Counted from the stretch's first letter, positions 1-19,500 are shown. The stretch: 64,000 nucleotides of DNA from Tubiluchus corallicola (GCA_030141605.1 JAQGDQ010000731.1:42125-106124); one strand, 5' to 3'. Program-made: numbers and translations. Notes: generated by a model from the sequence alone, not told the origin.

Positions 1-1436
1 AAAGCTTGATTAACATGTCAGTGTATTAGATTATAGGCTATACATGTAACTTTTTTATGCTGTCCAAACTATAAACTTTGCCACATTGTGTTTGTATCAT
101 GCACTGTTGTATGCCTATAAATTTTCGATTTTATGTAATCACTTCTTGCATTCTGCGCTACAATGAAAAATGGGTAAATATCATAGATAATAATTACGTT
201 TATAGAACCACAGGTGGCGTGACACTCATATTTTCAATGCAAGGAAAGTTTCATAAATCCACCAGTAGATCAATGTTAAATTGTTTGATAGTTACATGTA
301 TAATAAAAAACGTACTGACTACATATCATTATTTTAGTGAATCCTGTTGCAGTTGCTATTGTATTCTGTAAATATATGATAACACCTAGGCTTTAAACAT
401 CAAGACACAAGGGTATTAAAATTCCCGTAAAGTTTTGAAAAAACAAGAAAGGATATGTTAAACTATTTCAGTGAACAATACACATACCATGAATTACATC
501 CTTTCCACAGATATTCTTTGGTTCAGCTAGTCCATATGTAACTAATACAGCTGTTCCATAATATGTAATCATGCGTTCGTCAGTGAAATAATGGTTAACA
601 GATCCATTCTAGCTATTAGCCATTCTACCTTATCATCAGATGACATTTTAAAGTAATTAATTCTCAAACAGTTGGTCTTATTGCTGTTTCTCTTTAAATT
701 GAACAAATTTGACAAAATCGATTTTGTTGTATAACCAGTGCCTCTAGCCCTTTAAGAACCAGATTAACATACTTTTGTTAGCAAACTTGGCATTTAGCTT
801 TACAGACAGATTAGCCAGGATGGAATTACTAAATTTGCTCATGTATTCTGTCTTGTAGAAATGGCAAAACTTGAACAACTAACAGTACATTTTAACAAAT
901 GAACCGAAAAAAGATTTTTTCAATTTTTTTAAAACCGATTTTTAATTTGCCTAAGGTAAACAAACGCATTTTACCCTTAATTTTGCTTGAAGATCTAGTG
1001 CAGAGACACTAGACTGCGTGAAGACAAACTGAAACTACAAAACAACAGATTAGAATTTACCTAATCTAATTTAGGTAAAAATTTTGTACATTTCTTTGCG
1101 ATTTCTTTCATTACAACCTAGTTTATTTTGATAAGTTAAATTTTATCTGTTGTTTTGTAGTTTCAGTCAGTGCATTTGTATCATTAATGTATTACTTTGT
1201 CTTCTTTTTGGCTTAATTTCTATGAATGGCTTCAACAGTCGAAACGATCTACGTCTGAATGATTTTCACCAATAAATATAAACATCATCAGTGACAAAGA
1301 CATAAGGAAATATTTCTTCATCAGGCCTCCACAGTTGTTATAATGGCATTTGCAAAATTCTACCCATAGTGCTTCTCCAAAACTCGAGCATTTCAAGACT
1401 CACTGTCGTTTCATCTTCATCTACAGCAGCTGGAGT

Positions 1437-1777
1437 CAGGGCCGTTGAGAGACGTAGCGGGCCACTGGTCATTGAGGGGCAGTCCACTCTCAGTTATCTC
1501 TAGGCGCAGAAGACAAGGACTGATGCTCTCAACTTCGTCAATTTTGTAAACGATCCCGCCAATGCCCCATTATTTTTGATGCCTCTGCTAATCAAAAGGG
1601 TACTAATGATGAAGGAAAATCTAGAGAAAAGACAATAAATATATGGCTAATCCACATAAGGAACTTAATGGTGAAAAAAGTAGCAGCTCAAGTTATGTAA
1701 AACAATGGTTGCATCGTTCTTGGGGCCTTTAATCCCTAGGGGCACTGCCCCCACTCCTCTTCATCTCGTCAGGCCTG
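1437..1777. mobile_element. hAT-like MITE
   Basis: Imperfect TIRs CAGGGCCG.../...CAGGCCTG; 8-bp near-perfect TSD GCTGGAGT (1429-1436) / GCTGGAGC (1778-1785). Confidence 0.65.
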
Positions 1778-2272
1778 GCTGGAGCTGATTGTTGAAATCC
1801 CGAAAAAAACTTGCAGTTTCTGCGTGAAATAATCGTTCTTATTTGCAAGTTTTATAAAAAAAATCTAGTGATATTTCCGACATAAATTCTGTGCGTCACT
1901 TTCCTTGCCTTTCCAGTGAAAAGTGGCAAAACGGACAAAGGGTTAATGGCTTTACAATATAGTAGATTCATATGGCTTGTTTTTAACACGGCTTTAACCA
2001 ACTGTTGTGATTCACCCCGGATGCAACGACATCAAGGTGCTTTTTTTCGGCTAGAGAAAAATCAACATTATTTCACAGGGAGGCTGTTTCAAAACGTGAC
2101 GCCATTGTTCTAAGAACAATTGTTTTATAATCGTATGCTAATTTTCATTTCGAACTTTGTATACAGTTTAGAACTTAATTTTAAACCCAGTTGAACGTGT
2201 GAGCCTGATAAACAATCCATTCTAATTCTGAAGAAAGGCAGAAACCTAAATATGTATTCAAATCAATGCTTA

Positions 2273-2600
2273 CGTTTTCATTTTCGGGCTTGTTCTTATT
2301 TATAATTCTGAGCCTAAATGAATCTACTGACTTCACATTTCTTGATTTGTTATGCCTGGTTTTGGTTTGAGACATGTCAGTCAACATGTGCAGCTTCTAG
2401 AGTGTCAGTTGACGAAGGTTAGTATCCAATGTGTATCCAGTTCTCGCTCACGTTTTCAGTTTTGGGCTTGTTGTTATAATATTTATAATTCTGAACCTAA
2501 ATGAATTTACTGACTTCACATTTCTTGATTTGTTATGCCTTATTTTGGTTTGAGACATGTCAACATGTACAGCTTCCAGAACGACAGTTGAGAATGGTTT
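2273..2600. repeat. Direct duplication of ~150 bp
   Basis: 2273-2420 is repeated at 2451-2600 (shared ...cctaaatgaat..actgacttcacatttcttgatttgttatgcct...). Confidence 0.85.
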
Positions 2601-2901
2601 TGAGTTAATACCAAAAATGCCACAGCTTACCAAGAAAAACTTTTTCCAAATAAAGAAATGCTTAAATTGATACTATTGACATCTGGTCTGTTATCCAAAG
2701 GAGATGCTGATTTGGTTGGATGCAATTTGATATAACAGCTTAAATTCAAGAAATGATATTGTAAATGATGCTGTAAAGGTAAAGTATAGGTATTTACGTA
2801 TTTTCCCCTAAAAAAACTTGTAATGCAAAATAATTCATATGAGAGCTGTCCATGAACTTTGTTTGTATATATAATCTTACAATAAAATTAAATAGTTACA
2901 G

Positions 2902-8236
<5,335 letters not shown>

Positions 8237-8812
8237 AAATAAACTTTACACGTTAAAGTATTTCACTAAGTCAGTGATTTGTAACAGTGACAGATTACAT
8301 AATAAAACTTTACTCGTTAATGTATTTCATTAAGACAATGTAACAGTGACGCTTTATATAATTAAACTTTACTCGTTAATGTATTTCACTAAGTCAATGA
8401 TTAAATAAACTTTACTCGTTAATGTTTTTCACTAAGACAATAATTTGCAGCAGTGACACCTTATATAAATGAACTTTTTTCATTAATGTATTTCACTAAG
8501 ACAATAATTTGTAGCAGTGAAACACCTTATATAAATAAACTTTACTCGTTAATGTATTTCACCAAGACAATGATCGGTAACAGTGATAATTTATATAATT
8601 TAGCTTCTAGAAAAACAGAAGAATAGCTTCTCCCCAACCAATAATTTAAAGTATCAAGCCACGAACCATTAATGTGTTGTTCATGGGCTGAATGATGGTT
8701 GGGTTCTTGCTTCAAACAGGAGTTACATGTCTTTTAATAAGGCAAATTAAAAGTTTTAATAAAGTTGTAGTGTTATAACTATAATATGAGTACTATTTTG
8801 GGTGGCCCATTT

Positions 8813-9260
8813 AAATGGTTCAAAGCTAATGAACTTTCTCTTAATGCAGATAAAACTAAAAGTGTCTACAACTTCACCCAAATTCCGACCTTCTAATGAT
8901 CGATGGTTCCCCTATTGAACGAATTTATTTTTTAGACACGTTACACGAAAATCTAGACTGGAATCCGCAGATTAGAATTAATATGATTAGCCTGAAAATA
9001 GCCAATTACGTAGTAGTCGTTTCTGATTTCATACCACATATAACAAACTATGCTGCATTTTATGGGGCGCACTCCATCCATTGAACATAGGATCTCTTTC
9101 TGTGCTCCTTTACGTAAGATTATTCGAATTTTTCATGGCTTACTTAAATTCACACCTCAAAGAATTCAACAAATGATCATTGACGACTTCGTTAAATATA
9201 AGATAAGCATGTTCATGGACAAAACTAACTTTGAATCTCTGCCATCATTTTTTCGTTAAT
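8813..9260 (+). mobile_element. Degraded CR1/L2-type LINE RT C-terminal fragment
   Basis: Translates KWFKANELSLNADKTK, then LHENLDWNPQI, typical post-YADD motifs; frameshifted. Confidence 0.65.
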
Positions 9261-11225
9261 CCTGTTAATCGTTCTTAAATTGATATTAAAGTTTGAGTAT
9301 GTATAGTGACAGGCTGACCCATAGTGTATTTCTGTTCATAAATGAATATATATATTTTTCGATGTACTAATTGCAATCTGATATTTATTCTCATCCACAT
9401 CATTTCACTAACATAATCTTATTAATTCCGATCTCCTACACTCTCTACTATCATTCCATTGTTTTCACCTTCCTTCTTGAACACCCTTACACCTGCACCA
9501 TTATGTGCGTAAAGTCACACAGGTAATGCTTCTGACTATAATGCACGAGTAACAATTTATATAAATGACCTTGTTTCTTTGACGTCTAATCGTATTCTGT
9601 AACTGAACTACGACATAAATTTGCAACGTAAACAACATCATCTGTGATGAATTAAGATATCGCCGAGATATAAGAAACTGACATACCTTATTTCTCAGTT
9701 TTGTAATCTTTATTGTAAATGTTTGGAGAGCATTTAAGGAAGCGGTGTTCAGTATTTCTTGTTAACGTATATAAGTGCGTATATAAAGGGTTACTCACCC
9801 GACGACCAATTAGTCTTTCGCAACCCTTTCTCCTGCACCTATTGCACTTATTTTTAATTACTTGTAATTTTTAAAATGTTAATGCATGCAAACTTGTAAA
9901 TTTGTAAAGTAATTTTTTGTACCACAAAATTAGCAAAACAAAACAAACAATGAACACAATTGTAAAATTTGACTAAAGAGACTTCATAGTTTTATCAATA
10001 AGACTGGTATCAATTAGCACCCGTTCTAAATGTAATGTGATTTACACTATGGCCAGGAAACATTCATTAATTATTTTGTGTCAAAAAATTGATTATTTTA
10101 ATACAACTATTATTCGTTTGAAGCTTAACAATGGCATTAAATAGTAAAACAGATTTCGATATAACTGTAAAAACATTTGCTTTGAAAAACATTTTTATCT
10201 CAAAAGACATACGAAGAAAAAAATCACTGGATGTAACGATACGTGATGATGACACTAGTGAGTAAACCCATATAACAATAGTTTACATGGGACCTAACGT
10301 AGTAGAAACTCTATTCTTTGTATGAGTTGCTAGTTTATTGCTTTCATAAGATAACATTATCATATTGCAGTTTCATTGAATAAATTTAACATGATTCTAA
10401 TTACACTTGAAAGCACTTAATGCTTATTAAGTCAGGTTCACACTGGCCTTAAAAGGTCTCATGTTAATTTTTTGTTTTTCTAACAAATGCTAAATGTTTT
10501 GGGCTTTAATATTCTAGCATCAAATTGTCAAGAAAATGTTTAGGAATACTAGAAATCAAATTTTAAAAGCCCGTGCCCACTTTTCTGTCTAGAAACTAAT
10601 ACTACGATTGAGAAGAACTTGTGTTTTCAAACTCCTAGTATCTCATGACAGAAACCATTTTGCTTTCGTTGTTTTTTCTGTTGCCAAGTCTAGATCTTCG
10701 TCTGGGTGAGCCATCGACTGGACTTATACACCTTTCGTACAGTTGCTAAGTAGTAGTACTTAGGTATCTTTGATACACTGTGCGGGATTTCTTTTAGTAA
10801 AAAAATTGGTGACAAATTTTTTAGCTAATTATTTCTTATAACAATTACCATTAATTCCTCTTTTATCTGCAATAAAAAATTATAAAATGTGCTTGTTATA
10901 CTTTATATAAAAGCTTATCAATATTATAATGGCTGTCAAGTTTAGCGACTAAGACCCAGACATTATTTTGTTCGATTTATTTTATGTTAACCTTTGGTTC
11001 CATTCTTTGAATGACTGCGAATGTAAATAACGCCACCTAGAGCATTTATACCAATTACTGTTTACAGTTGTGCTATATGTTTGTTTAGAATTCGAAGTGT
11101 ACAACATCTTTGTGCTGTGACCACCTTTACCAAAATTTACATTCAAATCTGACAAAACAAAAATACAGGTCATCAAACACAAAAAAATGTTAGACTAGCG
11201 AAATTGAACTAATAAGGATCGTAAT

Positions 11226-11227
11226 GA

Positions 11228-11299
<72 letters not shown>

Positions 11300-11330
11300 C
11301 ATCATCATCATCATCATCATCATCATTATT
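11226..11330. repeat. (ATT)n(ATC)n microsatellite
   Basis: Directly visible. Confidence 0.95.
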
Positions 11331-11820
11331 ATCTTGCTCTGTTGCAAATGTAGTGGTCGTGAAAAAGGCCTGGAATTGCGTCACAGCCATGGTTATTATC
11401 AGTGATCGCCGCCATTGTGGAGGAGAGTGAGATTTGTCTACAAACGAAATTCTGTTATACCTTTATTATTATTACTTTTTTTTGTTTTAAACTTTCATTG
11501 AGACTTAAAAACTTATCGATGTAAATACTCAGGAAAAACGGTACCAATTATCTCGGCGTTCAAGCAGGACAAATAAATGATAGTACAAAATGTAAAACTA
11601 AAAGTATGTAAATTTTAACATTATAAACAGATGAGTAAGAATATATAAGCGGCTGTCAAAACTTTTTTTACAATAAAAATAATAATTATCATTTAGTAAC
11701 AAAAACTGTAAAACCTAAATGCGTTTATTTAGAGAGTAGACCAGAAATTGATGACAACAGATTTGTAGTCACTAAATCTAATATTGCAGCAGTTGCAGAT
11801 AAATGATAGATAAATTGTAA

Positions 11821-12335
11821 TCTCTCTGTCACGTCCAAGTGATAACTGGGCATCTTTGCTCTTGATCTTTCTGTCACGTCCAAGTGATAATCGGGCATCT
11901 CTGTTCTTGACCTCTCTGTCACGTCCAAGTGATAATCGGGCATCTCTGCTCTTGATCTCTCTGTCACGTCCATGTGATAACTGGGCATCTCTGCTCTTGA
12001 TCTCTCTGTCATGTCCATGTGATAACTGGGCATCTCTGGCTCTTGATCTCTCTGTCATGTCCAAGTGATAACCGGGCATCTCTGGCTCTTGATCTCTCTG
12101 TCACGTCCAAGTGATAACTGGGCATCTCTGCTCTTGATCTCTCTGTCATGTCCAAGTGATAACCGGGCATCTCTGCTCTTGATCTCTCTGTCATGTCCAT
12201 GTGATAACTGGCATCTCTGCTCTTGATCTCTCTGTCACGTCCAAGTGATAACCGGGCATCTCTGCTCTTGATCTCTCTGTCACGTCCAAGTGATTACTGG
12301 GCTTGTGTGCTCTTGATCTCTCTGTCGCGTCCAGT
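11821..12335. repeat. 45-bp minisatellite, about 11 copies
   Basis: Unit ctcttgatctctctgtcacgtccaagtgataactgggcatctctg; lies just upstream of the ZF coding exon acceptor. Confidence 0.95.
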
Positions 12336-12454
12336 GTGTTTTGTAGATGTTTGTAAAATGCATGTTATTAACAAGGTTAGGAAACTGTTTTGTATGCTAA
12401 CTAATTTTTATCATATAACTTTTTGCAGAATTTTGCATTGCAAAGTTGTTAAAA

Positions 12455-13846
12455 ATGGATCAGGAAGTGACATTGGACACAACATCTGTGAAAGTTAAAT
12501 CTGACATTGTAGTAAACGTGTCAAAGGACTCCACTGACAGCAAAACAGCAGATGATAATGTAGAAAATAACAACACGCAAGTAAAAACTGAAGATGATAT
12601 TTCAACAACTATTATAGAAAGTAGTGAAGCAGCAGATTGCAGATTTGAAAGTAATGAAATTTTTGTAAAAACTGAACATGGCGTATTTGCTGAAAATATT
12701 ATGGAAAATAGTGATGTTTGTAAAGCATTTTACACTATGAATAAGCCACCTAATCTTATGAACAAGAAAACTGATTATAATCGCTTAGCAAATTCTTCAA
12801 CCAATTGCTTGGAAGATGAAACAACTTATGCAAGTGTTTCAGTTGATGCCTTGGAAAGTTGTTCACAAGGTTCAATGACTGATTGTCTATTAGCTGTAAC
12901 AGAACGTGAATGTTTATCTCAATCAGTAGAAAATGTTCAAAATTGTTTGCCATGCAAAAGTGAGGTTTGTGATTCTGCTTCTGAATGCCATCAGAATGAG
13001 ATGTTTTTCAATCATTCAGATTTGACTGGATCATACAATCTCACTTCAGATGTACAAACAACAAATTCACCATGTCAGCCTTATAAGTGCAGTCATTGTG
13101 CTTCTTTATTTCTTCGATCAAGTGATTTCAAAGAGCATCAAAGAATTCACATGGAAGATAAGCCCTTCAAGTGTACTCAGTGTGATGCTTCTTTTGCTCG
13201 GTTTCGTGAATTGAAATTGCACATGAGGTCTCACACTGGGGAAAAACCTTTTCCATGCACACAGTGCAATGCTGCTTTTGCTCGAAGACCTTATTTAAAA
13301 CGACATATGATAACACACTCAGGTGAAAAACCTTTTAAGTGTACATGGTGTTCTAGTGCTTTTGGTATTCCTAGTAAGTTGAAAGAACATATAAGAAATC
13401 ATACAGGCGAAAGACTTTTCAGATGCACGTGGTGTGATGCTAGTTTTACTCGCTCACATTATTTAAAGAATCACGTGAGGATACATACAGGCGAAAGACC
13501 ATTTAAGTGCACATACTGTGATGCTGCATTTACACAACATCATGGTTTGAAGCAGCATCTGAGGAGACATACTGGGGAAAAACCATTCAAGTGTACTCTG
13601 TGTGATGCTGTTTTTGCTAGTACCCATAGTCTCAAGTGTCACATGAGGTGTCATTCAGGAGAAAAACCATTCAAGTGCACGCAATGTAATGCTGCTTTTG
13701 CTCAGCCTAGTAATTTGAAAGAGCATATAAAAATTCATACAGGGGAAAAACCTTATAAGTGTACTCTGTGCTCTGCCAGTTTTTCTCACTCTAACAGTTT
13801 GAAACGGCATGTTAAGAGTCATACAAGAAAAACTTTTAAGAAATAG
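12455..13846 (+). CDS. C2H2 (Kruppel-type) zinc-finger protein with 9 tandem fingers and an acidic N-terminus, single coding exon
   Basis: ATG at 12455 follows acceptor ttttgcag (12428); nine C-X2-C..H-X3-H fingers, mostly with TGEKP-type linkers; acidic N-terminus with VKTE motifs; 463 aa. Confidence 0.93.
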   Translation: MDQEVTLDTTSVKVKSDIVVNVSKDSTDSKTADDNVENNNTQVKTEDDISTTIIESSEAADCRFESNEIFVKTEHGVFAENIMENSDVCKAFYTMNKPPNLMNKKTDYNRLANSSTNCLEDETTYASVSVDALESCSQGSMTDCLLAVTERECLSQSVENVQNCLPCKSEVCDSASECHQNEMFFNHSDLTGSYNLTSDVQTTNSPCQPYKCSHCASLFLRSSDFKEHQRIHMEDKPFKCTQCDASFARFRELKLHMRSHTGEKPFPCTQCNAAFARRPYLKRHMITHSGEKPFKCTWCSSAFGIPSKLKEHIRNHTGERLFRCTWCDASFTRSHYLKNHVRIHTGERPFKCTYCDAAFTQHHGLKQHLRRHTGEKPFKCTLCDAVFASTHSLKCHMRCHSGEKPFKCTQCNAAFAQPSNLKEHIKIHTGEKPYKCTLCSASFSHSNSLKRHVKSHTRKTFKK

Positions 13847-14101
13847 TCTTGGCTTTAAAATGGCTAATGATTCAGCAAATTTTTGTAAGAAAAGTTGTGA
13901 AATCGAGGCATAATATTTCTAATTCTGACTTTAAGAAAGGTCAATTTCCTTTACCACATGGTGGAGTTTGATCAATTTGCTGTTGTTTAAGCTTTTCCCT
14001 GATAATTAACTGTCATATAGACGTTTGCTACATAGACAAATAATGTACTTTACAACGAAAAGATTAGAATAATGATTGGATGAAGAAGTTCATATTCTGA
14101 T

Positions 14102-14829
14102 GGGGGACAGGACGTTTGGGGGAGCAATTTAGGCGCAAGACACTTGGCCACCAGAATCCCCGCATGCTGTGTTTGTGTGCAAAAAGTGTCTTTGTTACAC
14201 TGCTAAACATGATGTCTACGGCTTATTAGGTAAACCCTTTTCAACTTGTTAGTTACAAGCTAATTTTTGAAATTTACCTAGAGTTTTTGTAAGGGCGTAA
14301 ATGATTGATTTTGTGAATATGATCGTCTAATTGACAGTAAAAATAACTAAAACATTCACCATGCTGCTGAACGCAGATGGAAATCATGCGTGTCACAAGA
14401 GTTGCCATGAAGAAGCTTCATTATGAAAGTTTTAATTATATATTAAGCATTTTCTCTCATTAATTAATCAACTTTCTTTCCAATAGGTAGCTGGTATGGA
14501 CAACTTAACTTAAAGTATACCTGACACTTGATGAATAGTTACACGTTAATGTTAGGTTATCATCGCCTCGAGTGGAATAATTACTGCTAATGATGTACAA
14601 ATAAATCTCGCTGTTCATGTTACTGACATTTCTCAATTGTCCATTTTGAAAACTTCATTCCACTAATGGTAGAGAAAGTGCAGAAAGGCAATTAACTGCT
14701 TTTAATTGTGTTATTAGACATTATGAGAGTTGGAACATTTAGTACAATATCAAATTTTGCTGGTGCCCAAATGTCTCGTGCCGAAATGTCCCGTGTCCAA
14801 ATGTCTCGGGGCCCAAATGTCATGTACCC
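14102..14829. mobile_element. MITE with repeated subterminal motifs
   Basis: Left GGGGGACAGGACGTTTGGG..GACACTTGG; right end has repeated CCAAATGTC motifs ending CATGTACCC (inverted). TSD not evident. Confidence 0.55.
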
Positions 14830-16123
14830 TTGGATTGGGAAACTAATTCTTAATATAAAAATAATTTACCAACATCCGCCTAAGCAAAAACATGGCTTTT
14901 ATTCAGACACAAACATGAGTAATTCTGTCACGATTATGCAACAAAAAATAAATGAAAATACATCACAAAAAATGCAAAATACAAAAATCGACAATGTGAC
15001 AAGTAGACAAGAAAAATACTAAATTTGAAACTTACATATTGTGTGATACAAAGCTAAATGACGGAAAAAAGGAAAAGTTATGTTACTCCAACACAATTCT
15101 TTCTCTGACCAATGGTTTTGATATGTTGCATAAGTTGTGTCTGAATAAAAACCATGGCTTTGCTTAAATGGGTGTTGGCAGTCATTTTTATTATTAAGAG
15201 TCCATATTGTTTGAAAGAGAGTCCATAATTGTTAAACATAGCCTTTTTCTGATTTTTTTTGTAAAAAGACACTAAATAAATCTGTATCAAATTATTATGA
15301 TTAAGAACAAAATTAATGTTTTTTTGTTGCTGAATTTATATTATTAATGTATGCTGTTGGCACTAAAATTCAGTGGTTTCTGACTTTGTTTTGGGGGAAT
15401 ATGCATATAAAAGCAGTACTATATTAATTTTGCATATTTTTTACTTAACTTTATAGGAAAACCAGACCTTTCATTGATTCATATTAATTTACTGTCTTAG
15501 GATATACATTTTCTTGCCAATAAACCCACTTGGCAATTGTTTCTTGTAATAGAGAATATTATTTTTATATTTCGATTGCACATTTCTATTAACTTTTTTC
15601 TTTAGTCTTATATTTCCATTATGTAGTTACTATTAAGCCTATATACTATACTATACGCCTACATTTTATTAGCGTTATCAGACTTTAGGATCGCTTTCAT
15701 GTATTTTATGGAAAATTTTGAGACATTTCTTGTTATCATTCAATTGTATATTGTTCACTGTGTCACATCTGCTAGCTTTGAATGTATATGTCTTTATTTA
15801 TATGTATTTGTATATATGTATATCTATTTGTGTTTCGTATAAATTTATATTACTTAATTACTATGATACATTGTTCTCTAAACTGTAGCATTATACAAAA
15901 AGCACAAACAGTAAACATTTAACAAGGAGAATAATTCGAGAACAATAAGAATTTATTTTATTTAAAGCTTTTTAAAAATACGTTGTGCAAAATTTTAGGC
16001 AATCAAAGATATTATTTGCCTTTAGAAAGTGACACTCATAGCAGAAGTGGTGAGACAATTTTTTCTTAAAATTATAAGACAATACCTGAAAGTTCTTTTT
16101 TATTATTTACTTTGATTTTTTAT

Positions 16124-16485
16124 TCATTTAATCATTAAAAAACTCGTAGACAATATTGTAATTATAGAGATCGCTGTTGTGTCATGTCCTAGAGCTCCTT
16201 CAGATGTTACAGGGGCGACAAAACCTTCGTCTCCAAACGTATTCCTTGAATAAGCCCGCTGAATATTAATCCACGTTAAATAATAGCTAATTCTTGCTGC
16301 CACAACGACTGAACGTTCATTATATCGTGGCTGACCGTCCTGTAGAAAATAAGTAGTGCCTTGAAAAATGCCAACAACTTCCAGAGTTAGTGGGTTTAAT
16401 AAAAACGGTGCACCAGAATCGCCCTACAGAAAGAATATAAATAAATAAATATATATATATATATATAATAAATTTATATATAAGC

Positions 16486-16521
<36 letters not shown>

Positions 16522-19500
16522 GCATATATTTATGCATGCAGATACTACGCACTTATACTCATGTATGCACACACTCACCGCTTCATATGAGTCTGCATGC
16601 ATGTGATTTATGTGTGTGCGTAAATTTGTGTGTGTGATAATTATAGTAATAAATCGTCATACATATTAATACATTCAAAACTTCCATGTCATAATTACAG
16701 GTGTATTTTTTAACAAAGGATTAGAAAGATCTAAATGTCGTTTATTTATTAAAAAGATGCAGCTTTACAGATTGTGTGCGGTTATCAATTGATATGCCAA
16801 TTATGCCGATGATTTTTTATAAACATGTCCCCAATTTCTTCACATTAGAGAAACTTACCCGTCCAGTGTTACACCTAATTTCACACGTATTTTTAGTGAA
16901 ATTTCACTTTTTTAATACAAAGCGAGTTTATTGGCAGTTTGTATTATACCTTATTGCTTTCAGATGTTTATTTGGGGTTTGTTTGCTGTTTTTAAAAAAA
17001 TTAATGAGTCTGGTAGCAAAGGCACAAAAAATTTTGCACATCAACGCATTAATAATCAATAAGACGCGAACATCCTACACAGTGTTCATTGATAAATATT
17101 TATCTAACGCAAACCCTGAAGTAGCTTTTGCTGTAACAAACTTAAAGCCTGAATACAAGAGAATGATGCTAGAACCATGCAATCGTGTAGCTTCTAAGCG
17201 AGAATCGCCCAAAATGGAACCTCCAATTAACTTGTTACCACTCCTCTTGGTGAAAGTGCCCAAACATGTGACCGACATTATCGTGTAGCCCTGTTTTCGT
17301 CTTTCCAAAGAACTAAATACATCCGTGTGTCCCACCATGCGCTGCTATAACTTTTTCTTGCAGGCTGCTTGGTTAAGATTTAAAAATAAATCGAAAGGCG
17401 TGTCCAAAAAACACCCTTGTTCAGGAAACCGTGGCCCTCCTGCGAGTTCTAACTGTAACACCCACCGTTAAACGGGCTACCCAACCATTTCCGACTACCA
17501 GCAATACGACCCATTCCTGATCTACAGAAATACAGTTATAAGTTTTGCAAAAAAACGGACAAAAAGGGCCATTTGGGTGGAGGGGGTGTTCGCTCTAGGG
17601 CCCCAATTCGAACAAAGACTTGCGGCTTCAATGAGATGAGGCGACACTAGAGTCAGGTTCTTTCATTTGATACATAGATAACTGAAAATGGTGCAGCAGT
17701 TAGAGCTGTAGCCTCGAGTCTTATATATACATGCATATATATTATATTGTATTCCCCTGCCAGTATTACACTATCCCCTGCAGTACAATATTAATGCATA
17801 ATCCAGAAAACAATTAAGCTGAAAGAAAATAAAAATGGACTAATTTATTTAATTTAACAAAAATCTCTTGAAATTCAGGCTTACATTTCGTAATGTGACG
17901 CAAGTTAGTAGCTTACAAATAACGTTTTCTCATTATCTCCTTATACGACCTTGGTAATCCAATCAGTATCACTTGGTTGAAGACATGACAGAATGAAGTT
18001 GATATATTTCTTATGCATTTTTTTGAGATTCATTGAATTTTTAGACTTGATAAAGTAGACTCCCGAAGAGTGAGATCAAATTCAACAAATTAAAATCAGA
18101 ATTGTACTACATTCTTCAATTTCATTAAAATGTCTAGATATTCTTTAACTCTTTACAGGTAAACTCTTCATATTTAAAAAAAAACTGCAAGTTCAATTAT
18201 CTGGCTAATAATTGACTCCAGATAGCAGCTGGTTGGACGTTTTTCAGCAAAACTACACTTGCCCTTCAGAATTGGCCAGGAATAACTTCGTGAAAAATTT
18301 TGCAAATGTTTGTTGTATTCTGTTTCAGTAATAGAAACAAAATTGTTGCATTTTACTTCAGTAATGGAGACTAAATCACTGCCATGTTTCTTGCATTTTA
18401 CTTCAGTAGTAAAGACAACATTACTACCATGTTTTCCAATAATATTTTAATCCAGTAAAAAACTTAGGATTGTAAGTACATCTGGTATGTCTTTCCCTCA
18501 AAAAACTAATGTCGCTTTTCCCACAAATAATGTAAATTGCCCAATGAGATTAAATTTAGTGAATTAAAATTTGTCATTTTGCTGAATCTTATGCCATTCA
18601 TGTATTTTATAAGAATTAGTCTACCATGGTTATTACTTACAAAGCCACCAATACGTCCTGGGTGATGTGCACAGATGAAAATCCTTTGGTCATAGGAGCT
18701 GCAATTACCCCGATCAGTAACTACGAAGTAAGCCTTCTTCAACCGATCTTGTAGTTCGTTTGGTCTGTCTGAAATATTCGTATTGGTGTCAGCTACATTT
18801 CCCTACTGCTAATGTAGTTCAATTCAATCTGCCTAATAGAGTACGACTAATAAAAGCAGCAAATGTGAAGACAAAACAGCTCTCTGTGAATCATAACACC
18901 TGGAGGATGACAAATTCTAAAGCACTAACATTAGTTTTCACAAGAAATTTATCTATTTGATTAATTTCAAGTCTTTGAAAAGTTAAATTATAAGAAACAT
19001 TGCCCACCACTCCATATATCTGTTCCCCCACCCTACAAGAGTAATTACTCGGTTTAAGTAACTAATTCTGTCAGATGTGGGCATTTGAGCAGGTCGAATA
19101 TATTCGCTGAACACAACAGGCCGATTTAATCGTATAAGAGCAAAGTCATGATGTTCTTCATGCAGTTTGTAAAAGTGAACCTGCAATAACAAAAACAAAT
19201 AAAATTTAGAGACACTTGCATGTACTTCAATCTGGCCTGACATGAGATATCAGAAAATATTACTAAATATCAAATCCAGGCCTAAGTGACTGCATCGAAA
19301 TTGGGGATGGGGGTGCAAGAACATCCATCATTAAACTGCTGTTTGGTGCCTCGTAAAGAAACCTAAACCCTAGCACAACTTAACCTGTGAAACATTATTT
19401 GCATTGTTTGTAAGCCCTAGAGTAACTAATTAAATGGGCAGGATTTTCTAGAGGACTAAAAACATAGAAATAACCAGAAAATTGTCCCCATGGAAATTCA

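Noticed and set aside
1430-1440. Non-canonical GA donor shared by exon 1 of A and E (CTG|GAG)
   Set aside because: C and D show that exon 1 can extend beyond this point; E is a pseudogene and the A site is disrupted by a MITE.
11725-12300. Repetitive ORFs (MPSYHLDVTERSRAE)n
   Set aside because: 45-bp minisatellite with 1-bp indels breaking frame; no coding evidence.
19008-19010. Splice-generated TGA in B as selenocysteine or readthrough
   Set aside because: The downstream exon would be out of frame with the homologous acceptor; a single G-run indel explains it more simply.
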